Positions 18,989 to 27,667 of a stretch of 64,000 bases of DNA are shown here, in pieces. Location of the stretch: positions 36,642 through 100,641 of the forward strand of contig FR890667.1 in assembly GCA_000435075.1 (NCBI GenBank). The letters run 5' to 3'. Under the pieces are notes generated by a model. The model made no database searches, was not told the DNA's origin, and saw nothing but the letters and a program-made list of their open reading frames with translations. The translations under genes were made by a program, and so were the position numbers. Origin of the DNA: Bacteroides sp. CAG:770. Its GTDB lineage: Bacteria; Bacteroidota; Bacteroidia; Bacteroidales; UBA932. How positions within the stretch are numbered: position 1 is the first letter of the stretch; every line of letters begins with the position of its first letter.

Positions 18989-19905
18989 GACAGACCAAGT
19001 ATTACAAGATAGCGGATTTCGTCTTCTCGCTTGACCTGCCGGACGGAGTCGATACCACGACGATGCTCCCGTCCTTCCGGACGTTCGGGACCTGCCGGGC
19101 AGAGGACTTGCTGTTCAGGTTTCAGGTCAATGCAGAAGTGCTTGAGAGACCTTCCGGCCTTGAGCTCATCGAGAAGACGGAAAGCGATGTCGGAAAGGTA
19201 AGTATGTACAGGACAGCGGCAGGGGACTGGTGGCTGGAGATGAGTTACACTGACATTGACCATTACATGTCTGTGGATGAAGACTTCAGCAGCGCTTCTG
19301 CTGACATTGACCTCGACGATCCGGATGCCGGCATGGTGCTTTGCTCGATGCTGAGAATTATGTGGTCGCAGGCGGTGCTTGCCTGGGGCGGGATTTCGGT
19401 TCATGCTTCGGCGGTCGTTCTTGGCGGCGTTGCCTATCTGTTTCTCGGCAAGAGCGGAACCGGGAAGAGCACTCATTCGGAGCTGTGGCTGAGGAACTTC
19501 CGTGAAGCGTGGCTGCTGAACGACGACAACCCCGCTATCAGGGTCATTGACGGAAAGGCTTTCGCATACGGGACTCCTTGGAGCGGAAAGAAGCCAGTCT
19601 ATATCGACAAGAAAGTGCCGCTCGGAGGAATTGTCCGTCTGGAACAGTCGCAGGTGAATCGGATGACCATGAAAGAGGGTCTGGATGCGTTCCTCTGCAT
19701 ATATCCGAGCTGCTCGGCTCTGCATCGGGACCCTGTGCAGGAGAACAGATTGTGTGACACTCTGGAGATTCTGTCGGAATCTGTCCCGGTCGGTCTTATG
19801 GAATGTAGGCCTGATGACAAGGCTGCAATAATATGTCATGAAACAATACTGAAGGATAATCCAGCGGCTTCCGGAACATCGGAGGCTGCTGATACCCAAA
19901 CGTGA
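18985..19905 (+). CDS. HPr kinase-related (HprK-like) P-loop kinase
   Basis: 306 aa; Walker A GKSGTGKSTHSELW closely resembles the HPr kinase/phosphorylase GxSGxGKSE loop. It overlaps the nucleotidyltransferase stop by 4 nt (translational coupling). Confidence 0.6.
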   Translation: MRQTKYYKIADFVFSLDLPDGVDTTTMLPSFRTFGTCRAEDLLFRFQVNAEVLERPSGLELIEKTESDVGKVSMYRTAAGDWWLEMSYTDIDHYMSVDEDFSSASADIDLDDPDAGMVLCSMLRIMWSQAVLAWGGISVHASAVVLGGVAYLFLGKSGTGKSTHSELWLRNFREAWLLNDDNPAIRVIDGKAFAYGTPWSGKKPVYIDKKVPLGGIVRLEQSQVNRMTMKEGLDAFLCIYPSCSALHRDPVQENRLCDTLEILSESVPVGLMECRPDDKAAIICHETILKDNPAASGTSEAADTQT

Positions 19906-19921
19906 AATACCCCCAAAAACG

Positions 19922-20698
19922 ATGAAAAACAAATTACTGATCCTGATGTTGCTGATGCTTGTGGCATCGTGCGCATCACCGAAAAAGTTCGTGTATCTGA
20001 ATGATATGGAGCCGGGAGTCGGCTACAAGTATGATTCGGCACACGAGGCGGTAATCCGGCCCAATGACAGACTTCGTATAACGGTCACGTGCAAGCAGCC
20101 GGAACTTGCCATCCCGTTCAACCGCGGCGGTGCGGTAAATATCAATGCCGATGGAACGGCAAGCCAGTCCACATCTCCGGATGAGGACGGATACAAAGTC
20201 GATTCTGAAGGAAACATTGACTTTCCGATACTCGGAACTGTCCATCTTGACGGACTGACTACCAGAAAGGCTTCTGAACTCATCCGCGACATGATTGTCG
20301 AAGGCGGTTACATTAAGAGCCCGATGGTCAGCATTGACTTCAAGAACTTCAAGTACACTGTCTGGGGCGCGGTCGCCCGTAACGGCACCTATACCGTCGC
20401 AGACGGCAGGATTACGCTTCTGGAGGCCATTGCCAATGCCGGTGACCTGACTCCTAAGGCTCGTCTGGACAGGGTTTGTGTCATCAGGGAGATCGATGGG
20501 AAGAAAGAGAAATTCTATCACGATATCAGAAGTATCGAGGTGCTGAATTCACCTTGCTTCTTTCTCCAGCAGAACGATATCATCTATGTGGAACCTAAGT
20601 ATGTGAAGGCGGACAAGGTCGACACGACATCGAAGTTCATTACGATTTTCCTGTCGGCGATCACTGCGATATGTTCCGTAATCTGGGCAACAAAATAA
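19922..20698 (+). CDS. wza: Wza-like polysaccharide export outer-membrane lipoprotein
   Basis: Lipoprotein signal MKNKLLILMLLMLVASCAS, a Poly_export/SLBB-like core (FPILGTVHLDGLTTRKASELIRDMIVEGGYIKSP), and a C-terminal hydrophobic helix. Confidence 0.8.
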   Translation: MKNKLLILMLLMLVASCASPKKFVYLNDMEPGVGYKYDSAHEAVIRPNDRLRITVTCKQPELAIPFNRGGAVNINADGTASQSTSPDEDGYKVDSEGNIDFPILGTVHLDGLTTRKASELIRDMIVEGGYIKSPMVSIDFKNFKYTVWGAVARNGTYTVADGRITLLEAIANAGDLTPKARLDRVCVIREIDGKKEKFYHDIRSIEVLNSPCFFLQQNDIIYVEPKYVKADKVDTTSKFITIFLSAITAICSVIWATK

Positions 20699-20706
20699 AA
20701 GGATAA

Positions 20707-23076
20707 GTGACTATGAATCAGAATAGAAATGATGAGGTCAATGTCATGGACATCCTCTTGTATCTTGCTTCCAAATGGAAATGGTTTTTGTTGTCTGTCA
20801 TCGTGTTCGTCGGCCTGGCCTGGCTGAAGTACTCGTCCACCCCGCAGGTGTTCTTCCGCAGCGCGACAGTCATCATCAAGGACCCGTCGAACAAGATTGC
20901 CTCTGCCGGCCTCGACCGTTACGACAACTATATAAACAAGGTCAACGTTGCCAATGAAATTCTCCAGTTCCGCTCGCGCAAACTGATGCGTGAAGTGGTG
21001 AAGAGGGTCAATGCAGATGTGGACTATCAGGTGAAGGATGGCTTGCTGATGTCCGAACTCTATACGAAATCACCTGTCAGAGTGACCTTCTCTGGACTTC
21101 AGGACTGGGAATATGTATCATTGAAAGTGACACCTCTCAGCAAATTCCTCGTGCGCGTCGTCGAGCGCGTTGACGGTGAAGATGCGAAGGAACTCATTGT
21201 TGATTTTGGAGATACTGTCAATGTTGCAGGTGTCCGGATGTTAGTGACCCCTACCAATTATTACAGTAAGGAGTGGTTCGGAGAACCTGTCTTCGTCACA
21301 AGAAACCCTATCTCCAGCGTTGTAGCGAGATATCAGGGCGGTCTGGGAATCAGACAGGAAGAGGACGAGGCGTCCATCCTGACATTGTCATTGAAAGACA
21401 GCTCGCCTGCGCGTGCCGAGGATGTGCTGAACACCCTCATCTCCGTCTATAACGAAGAGGCTATCAATGACAAGAATCAGGTTGCCATCAATACTGCCGA
21501 GTTCATCAATGAACGCCTGATTATCATTGAATCTGACCTCGGAGGTGTGGAGTCCGACCTCGAGTCTTTCAAGAAGGCCAACAATATCGTGGATCTGAAT
21601 AGTGCTGCAGGCATGTATGTGAATCAGTCTCAGCAGTATAACTCTGATGTGCTGGAACTTGACACACAGCTCAGGCTTGCGGATTATATAAAGGAATATC
21701 TGACTGACCCCAAGAGGGACATTGACCTGATACCTTCTAATACCGGTATCAGCGACATGAAGATAGAAGGCCAGATCAGCCAGTACAATGCAGCCAAGCT
21801 ACGCAGGGACAAGCTCATCGAGGACAGCAGCGAGAGGAACCCGGTCGTGGAGGAACTGAACAATTCGCTCAATGCGATGAAGCAGTCCATCATCCGCGCC
21901 GTGGACAATATGATCGTAAGTATCAATGTCAGACGGAATGATGCATTGGCGCGTGAGTCTCGTGCTCGTGTGCGTGTCGCTTCGATTCCTACCAAGGAGA
22001 GGAAGATGCTTTCTATCGAGCGTCAGCAGAAAATCAAGGAGAGTTTGTATCTGTTCCTGCTGAACAAACGAGAGGAGAATGCTTTGTCTCAGGCTATGGT
22101 GGACAACAATGCCCGTGTCATTGACGGTGCTTCAGGTCCGTCCGGTCCTATTTCTCCTGACAGGAACAAATACATTCTGCTGGGGTTGCTTCTCGGTCTT
22201 GCTGTGCCTGGAACGGTGTTCCTGATGATTATGTTCCTGGATACCAAGATTCACAGTCGCAAGGACATCAAGGGCAAGCTCTCGATTCCGTTTATCGGTG
22301 ATGTCCCTCTGGACAAGGATGAGGAGTCGTCTTCTGTGGAGGAGGCTTTCAAGATTGTCCGTACCAATATGGCGTTCATGTCGAAGAAAGACCATCCTGT
22401 CCAGGCCATCATGACTACGTCAATGGGTGAGGGCGACGGCAAGACGTTCATTTCCAGAAATCTGGCCAAGAGTTATGTGGCTGCCAAGAAGTCCGTTGTC
22501 CTGCTGGACCTGGATATACGCAAGGGAACATTGAGTACCTTCTTCGGCGGACATCATGTGGGTGTTACGAATTATCTGGCGGATCCTTCTCTGACGCTTG
22601 ATGACATCATCCATCATGACAAGGATGTAGAGGGGTTGGATGTGATTTCTTCTGGAACCCATGCTCCTAATCCCGCGGAACTTCTTATGGATGAAAGGCT
22701 TGACGAGCTGTTTGCCGAGCTTCGGAAGCGTTACGAATTCATAATCGCGGACAGTGTTCCTGTGGGAATGGTTGCGGATGCGACTATAGCCGGCAGAATT
22801 GCAGACATGACCATCTTCGTGGTGAGGGCAGGCCGTCTGGACAGAAGGCAGCTGCCTGATCTGGAGACCATGTATGAGGAGAAGAAACTGCGTAATAAGG
22901 CGATTATCCTTAATGGCGCTGATTTCAGCTACAAGGGGTACGGCTATGGTTACGGATACGGTTATGGATATGGCTATGGCTATGGCTACGGTTACGGATA
23001 TGGTTATGGCAATTCCAAGAAGGGTAAAAAGCATAAACGTGGCAGGTCGTCGGAAAAGACGGAGAAAAAATCGTGA
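20707..23076 (+). CDS. wzc: Wzc-like polysaccharide co-polymerase / BY-type tyrosine autokinase with a (Gly-Tyr)12 C-terminal tail
   Basis: An N-terminal TM helix, a Wzz/GNVR-type periplasmic region with coiled coils, a second TM helix (ILLGLLLGLAVPGTVFLMIMFL), a cytoplasmic P-loop (TTSMGEGDGKTFISRNLA), and a tyrosine-rich tail. Confidence 0.85.
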   Translation: MTMNQNRNDEVNVMDILLYLASKWKWFLLSVIVFVGLAWLKYSSTPQVFFRSATVIIKDPSNKIASAGLDRYDNYINKVNVANEILQFRSRKLMREVVKRVNADVDYQVKDGLLMSELYTKSPVRVTFSGLQDWEYVSLKVTPLSKFLVRVVERVDGEDAKELIVDFGDTVNVAGVRMLVTPTNYYSKEWFGEPVFVTRNPISSVVARYQGGLGIRQEEDEASILTLSLKDSSPARAEDVLNTLISVYNEEAINDKNQVAINTAEFINERLIIIESDLGGVESDLESFKKANNIVDLNSAAGMYVNQSQQYNSDVLELDTQLRLADYIKEYLTDPKRDIDLIPSNTGISDMKIEGQISQYNAAKLRRDKLIEDSSERNPVVEELNNSLNAMKQSIIRAVDNMIVSINVRRNDALARESRARVRVASIPTKERKMLSIERQQKIKESLYLFLLNKREENALSQAMVDNNARVIDGASGPSGPISPDRNKYILLGLLLGLAVPGTVFLMIMFLDTKIHSRKDIKGKLSIPFIGDVPLDKDEESSSVEEAFKIVRTNMAFMSKKDHPVQAIMTTSMGEGDGKTFISRNLAKSYVAAKKSVVLLDLDIRKGTLSTFFGGHHVGVTNYLADPSLTLDDIIHHDKDVEGLDVISSGTHAPNPAELLMDERLDELFAELRKRYEFIIADSVPVGMVADATIAGRIADMTIFVVRAGRLDRRQLPDLETMYEEKKLRNKAIILNGADFSYKGYGYGYGYGYGYGYGYGYGYGYGYGNSKKGKKHKRGRSSEKTEKKS
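22936..23010 (+). repeat. In-frame (GGN-TAY)n hexanucleotide-type repeat encoding 12 consecutive Gly-Tyr dipeptides at the Wzc C-terminus
   Basis: ggg tac ggc tat ggt tac gga tac ggt tat gga tat ggc tat ggc tat ggc tac ggt tac gga tat ggt tat ggc; synonymous codons vary between units. Confidence 0.9.
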
Positions 23077-23343
23077 TTTTTTATGACAAACTGCTATAAA
23101 TCAATAAAAAAGTATTAATTTTAAGGGTTGAAATGTATATACCTCTAATAAATAATATGATGAACAGACGTAAATTGCCTTATGTGGTTCCTGAAACCAG
23201 AAAGGTTCAGGTCTTGACGGAGAGCGGTATCTGCGCCGGCTCCAATGTTTCTGTAGTGCAGAAAGATGACAAACCGCTTGTCGAAGTCGATAAGTGGGAT
23301 GAAATCGGTCAGGAAGTTTCATTCGACTAAAATCAAGCAAAGT

Positions 23344-26193
23344 ATGAAATTCGGAAATTTGATTAAGTGTGCCGCGTGGATTGCCGCGTTGGCATCGGTT
23401 TTTGCTTGTGCAAAAGAAGTAGGTCCGGGCTATGAGGAAGGATTGCCTGTAACATCCATCAAGATGTCTATTTCAGCTCCCGGTCAGGATAAGATAGCCA
23501 TTTCCACCAAGGCTACTGAGGCTGTGGAATCTGCAGTAGAGCAGATTGCCATTTTCTTCTATAAGGCCAATGATGCTAATGCTATGCCTATAGTGTCTGA
23601 GATTACACCGACTTTCGCGTCTAATGTCGGATCGAACTATCAGTATAACATTGTCATTCCTGCGACGGATCTCGAGGAGATGCGCAGTGGAAAATGGTAT
23701 ATGTATGCAGTTGCGAACTATGGCAAGGGCTTCTTCCCTGTGGATATCAATGCTCTCAAGGGTTTGAACCGTAGTGAGTTCCTCGATTATTGCATCACCA
23801 AGCAGAACAATGCGTTGGATATTCTGGAGACCTCTGTGCTCATGAGCGGAAAGTATTGCGGAGCAAATACAGACAAGAAGTCTTACAAGACCTATGATGA
23901 GTGTGACGGTTCTTTGGATATCAAGCCTGGCGAGAACATACTTGATGGCATTATCCGTCTCAGACGTAGTGTGGCGAAGATTACTTTCAAGTTTGTGAAT
24001 GGTTCGCATACTATAGCGGGAACGACTACTACGGCCCACGTGACCTTCAAGCCTGAATCTTACGGACTTTATGAGTATTCCCGTTCATGCACATTGATGG
24101 AGCGTGATAATTGGAAAGATGACTTCCCTTACATGGGAGACACTAAGGTCAGCGAGGAGAACAGGTTCCATAACGGTAGTGATTTCCCTATTACCGGTAG
24201 CCAGTTCGTGTTCTATATGCCTGAGAATGTGCAGACTCGCAATGTGAAAGGAACTCCTGACAATGGGTGGACTTATTTCAATCGTGAGGAGCGCAATAGC
24301 GACGGCATGGAGAATCCTACTCAGAAACAGTATAATACGTTCAAATATGCTCCTAAGCACGGAACTTTTGTTGCCGTAAAAGGTACCATTTCGATACCTG
24401 AAGAGAATTACAGCGGTGATGTGACTTATTATATTCATCTCGGTAACTTCAAAAGGTCTGCCGATGACTTTACAGTAAGGCGTAACTATCACTATACTTA
24501 CACGATTACGGTCAATGGCGTGGATAATATTATCGCTGAGGCCAAGGCCGAGGATAGTGGTGAGATTCAGCCGGGTGCTGAGGGAAACATTACCCATACG
24601 ACTGATGCGTACCTCGATGTAAGACTTGATTCTCATTACGAGACTGTGTTGCTTAAGGTCGAGGCTGACGTTGATGCCAGTACTTATGCCGTCAGGGTCA
24701 ATTCTCCGTACACCAAAAATGTTATGGTGAAGAGTACAGATAAACCAGCTGATTTCGAAGCGAAGAAGAAGGATTTGGATTACGGCTGGATTCGTTTCGG
24801 TAAACCTGCTGCAAATAAAGGCTATCGCTCTTACCCTGGTGTGTCGAATACGACTGATGTATTCGGATTGATTGCTGATCTTCAGAGTGCAAATACGACT
24901 AAAACATATTGGAGCAAAGATACTTATAATGGAAAGGAGTATTACTACACCATAGCTTATGTGAATGAGTACTACTATGATGATAAGATGAATGCTGCCG
25001 GAGCAGATAAGACTGCTGTGCTTAAACAGTTCATCAATGCGGATGACCGTACCATGTCTGTAATTCTCGGTCCAAACGTATTTGAGAGTAAGGATGGTCA
25101 CAGTACATACACTGACTTGACCCACGGTTTCTTCAATATCTCCCAGCGTTCTATCAAGACATTCTATGACTTGTCTGTAGCGAATCCGTTCGGAATCGAG
25201 CAGGTCGAGGAGACGGCTGCGACAACTAATTATGGCGGAACTGGAACGGATTCTGATAATGGATATGCGAATATTCCAAATGTCTCTGGTAAGACATGGA
25301 GCACCTATGTTACCAATGGCTTCAATGGTAATATAGGAATGAGAACGACCGCTGCCGAGTATCAGTGTCTATTGAGAAATAGGGATGAGAATGGCAATGG
25401 CACCATAGAAGCTTCCGAGATTAAGTGGTATCTTCCAGCTGTGAATCAGTGTACATATTACTGGTTTGGAATGAACTCTCTTCCTGAGGATGCTCGAATT
25501 AAGATGGAACCAAGAAAAACAAATAATTATTGGAGTAGTACAAGTAGTTTTGCAACTTGGTGGGCAGCAGAGGGGTCGGCATATGGAGCAGCAGAAGGCA
25601 AATGTCAGGTTAGATGTGTAAGAAGTTTGAAATTATATAATGAGAAGGCATCAGAAGTTTCGAAATATAATCTAAATACTAGAATTGTTACTATGCTTGG
25701 TATGGATTCGCGAAGTGTTCGTGAGGCAGGTACTGTTATAGGAGAGTTTGAAAAGCATGAAAGGGGAACTATATCCGATGTTTTTGCATCATCGTTCCAG
25801 ATTGCTAAGAATAATTTAAAAACGACTAATATTTTAGGCAAACCGGTGGATAAAACTTTCACTAATGGGCAGATGCAGGAAGTTGTGGATGCGAACTCTG
25901 CAACATGTAGTGATTATTACGAGGATGCAAATGGTTCGGATAAGGGTAAATGGAGGGTTCCTAATGAGAAAGAGTTGACTCTTATTCTGAAATGGTTGCG
26001 AACTGATAGTAATTATGGCACAACAACAAATCTTAAGATGCTTGCTTCTCGGTCTTATTATCAAAGACATAATTCTAGTGATAATATAGTCTATTATATT
26101 GTCGGAGACAGCAATAAGGGTATGTTTATTACTACGAGTGATCAAACTCAACTTGGCTTCAAAGTCCGTTGTGTTCGAGATGTTGTCAAATGA
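23344..26193 (+). CDS. Large surface lipoprotein with a fimbrillin (Mfa/FimA)-like N-terminal region and two C-terminal Fib_succ_major (FISUMP)-like domains
   Basis: Lipoprotein signal MKFGNLIKCAAWIAALASVFAC. The N-terminal EAVESAVEQIAIFFYKANDA pattern is typical of Bacteroidales fimbrillins. Two domains end ...YWSSTSSFATWWAAEG...QVRCVRS and ...LGFKVRCVRDVVK, resembling the TIGR02145 domain terminus. The start was moved to 23344 from the longer ORF at 23266. Confidence 0.5.
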   Translation: MKFGNLIKCAAWIAALASVFACAKEVGPGYEEGLPVTSIKMSISAPGQDKIAISTKATEAVESAVEQIAIFFYKANDANAMPIVSEITPTFASNVGSNYQYNIVIPATDLEEMRSGKWYMYAVANYGKGFFPVDINALKGLNRSEFLDYCITKQNNALDILETSVLMSGKYCGANTDKKSYKTYDECDGSLDIKPGENILDGIIRLRRSVAKITFKFVNGSHTIAGTTTTAHVTFKPESYGLYEYSRSCTLMERDNWKDDFPYMGDTKVSEENRFHNGSDFPITGSQFVFYMPENVQTRNVKGTPDNGWTYFNREERNSDGMENPTQKQYNTFKYAPKHGTFVAVKGTISIPEENYSGDVTYYIHLGNFKRSADDFTVRRNYHYTYTITVNGVDNIIAEAKAEDSGEIQPGAEGNITHTTDAYLDVRLDSHYETVLLKVEADVDASTYAVRVNSPYTKNVMVKSTDKPADFEAKKKDLDYGWIRFGKPAANKGYRSYPGVSNTTDVFGLIADLQSANTTKTYWSKDTYNGKEYYYTIAYVNEYYYDDKMNAAGADKTAVLKQFINADDRTMSVILGPNVFESKDGHSTYTDLTHGFFNISQRSIKTFYDLSVANPFGIEQVEETAATTNYGGTGTDSDNGYANIPNVSGKTWSTYVTNGFNGNIGMRTTAAEYQCLLRNRDENGNGTIEASEIKWYLPAVNQCTYYWFGMNSLPEDARIKMEPRKTNNYWSSTSSFATWWAAEGSAYGAAEGKCQVRCVRSLKLYNEKASEVSKYNLNTRIVTMLGMDSRSVREAGTVIGEFEKHERGTISDVFASSFQIAKNNLKTTNILGKPVDKTFTNGQMQEVVDANSATCSDYYEDANGSDKGKWRVPNEKELTLILKWLRTDSNYGTTTNLKMLASRSYYQRHNSSDNIVYYIVGDSNKGMFITTSDQTQLGFKVRCVRDVVK

Positions 26194-26213
26194 TATTGAA
26201 AATTCTAATTAAT

Positions 26214-27431
26214 ATGAAGATGAAATTTATTTTAGTGCCGGTGCTGTTGGCATTGACATTCGGTGCAGCCGCACAGCCTCAGGTGAAGGTCAAGAGTGAC
26301 ACCACTGAGACGGTAACTTATGATGGAAACAAATTCCGTGTTCAGACCGCTCCTGCGCGTGCGAACTGGTTCATCGGTCTGCAGGGTGGTGGTCAGCTGA
26401 TTTTCGGTGACCACGACAAGCAGTGCAAGCTGGGTGACCGTATCGCTCCTGCTCTCGACATATATTTCGGTAAGTGGTTTACCCCGGTAGTAGGAGGTAG
26501 GGTGCGCTACAGTGGTCTCAGTTTTAAGGGCGCTACCCAGACTGATGTCCATTCTACCGGCAAGGAAGTTCCGGGAAAGGGTGGTCACGGCTATTGGCTG
26601 ACCAAGCAGAAGTTCAGATATGTGGAGTTCGCCGGTGACGTGATGTGCAATCTTTCCAATGCTTTCGGCGGTTATCGTCCTGACAGGTTCTACAGCGCCA
26701 TCCCATACGTGGGTCTCGGTGTAGGCCGTGTCACCCAGAACCCTAAGACAACTGAGCTCATGGGCCACATCGGTTATTTGAGTGCATTCCGTGTATGTGA
26801 TGCCGTAGATATCAATCTCGACCTCCGCACCGGTTATGTCAATGACCGTTTCGATGGCGAGGAAGGCGGCCGCTATGGTGAGGGTATTCTCGCTGCTACC
26901 ATTGGTGTTACCTATAAGTTCAAGCCACGTGGCTTCGGTCGCACCAAGACTGTTACCCGTGTCATTTCTTCTGAGTATGACGTCAGTGACTACCAGAGAG
27001 TTATCGATGAGACCAAGGCTGAGAACGAGCGTCTCATGAAGGAGGTAGAAGAGCTTCGCAATCTCCCAAGATGGGAAGAGGGCAAGACCAGGACTCTCGC
27101 ATATCCATACTACATTGTCTTCGAACTTGGCAAGTCTGATCTTCTCAAGGCATCCCGCGTGAACCTCGGTATGCTTGCAGAGATTATCAAGGCCAACAAC
27201 GTAGTCTATGTGATTACCGGCTATGCCGACGAGGGCACCGGCAGCAAGCGTCTCAACGAGAAGTTGAGTCAGGATCGTGCCAAGGCCGTATATGACTGCC
27301 TGGTCAACGAGTACGGTGTTCCAGCCTCTCTCCTCAAGACAGCAGCCAAGGGCGGTGTAGGCAACATGTTCTACGACGATCCAGCCCTCTCACGTGCAGC
27401 CATTGCTCTCTACGAGGGTGACAAGGAGTAA
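26214..27431 (+). CDS. OmpA-family outer membrane protein (N-terminal beta-rich domain, coiled-coil linker, C-terminal OmpA/peptidoglycan-binding domain)
   Basis: Signal peptide MKMKFILVPVLLALTFGAAAQ, a coiled coil around DETKAENERLMKEVEELRN, and a C-terminal OmpA-like block YVITGYADEGTGSKRLNEKLSQDRAKAV. Confidence 0.8.
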   Translation: MKMKFILVPVLLALTFGAAAQPQVKVKSDTTETVTYDGNKFRVQTAPARANWFIGLQGGGQLIFGDHDKQCKLGDRIAPALDIYFGKWFTPVVGGRVRYSGLSFKGATQTDVHSTGKEVPGKGGHGYWLTKQKFRYVEFAGDVMCNLSNAFGGYRPDRFYSAIPYVGLGVGRVTQNPKTTELMGHIGYLSAFRVCDAVDINLDLRTGYVNDRFDGEEGGRYGEGILAATIGVTYKFKPRGFGRTKTVTRVISSEYDVSDYQRVIDETKAENERLMKEVEELRNLPRWEEGKTRTLAYPYYIVFELGKSDLLKASRVNLGMLAEIIKANNVVYVITGYADEGTGSKRLNEKLSQDRAKAVYDCLVNEYGVPASLLKTAAKGGVGNMFYDDPALSRAAIALYEGDKE

Positions 27432-27497
27432 TCCGAAAAAACGACAATAATCGCAGGGCTATACGATTTCTGCCGAGTTCAGGGTACCCGTCATAAC

Positions 27498-27665
27498 CCA
27501 ATTCGAACATCGCAACAAGGTCTATATAAGTTTTCCATAATATAAGCCCAAAGCGAGTATCGAATAGGGTTCATACAAGGTTTACCAGTTATAATCCCAG
27601 TGCGAATATCGCAACAAGGTTCATACGAGGTGTTCCAACTGTAGCCTCAAATGCGATCCCCAATA
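27498..27665 (+). repeat. About 3.5 tandem degenerate copies of a 50-bp unit in the 3' region of the OmpA-family gene
   Basis: Units start at 27498 (ccaattcgaacatcgcaacaaggtctata), 27548 (ccaaagcgagtatcgaatagggttcatac), 27598 (ccagtgcgaatatcgcaacaaggttcatac) and about 27645 (partial). Confidence 0.7.
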
Positions 27666-27667
27666 AA

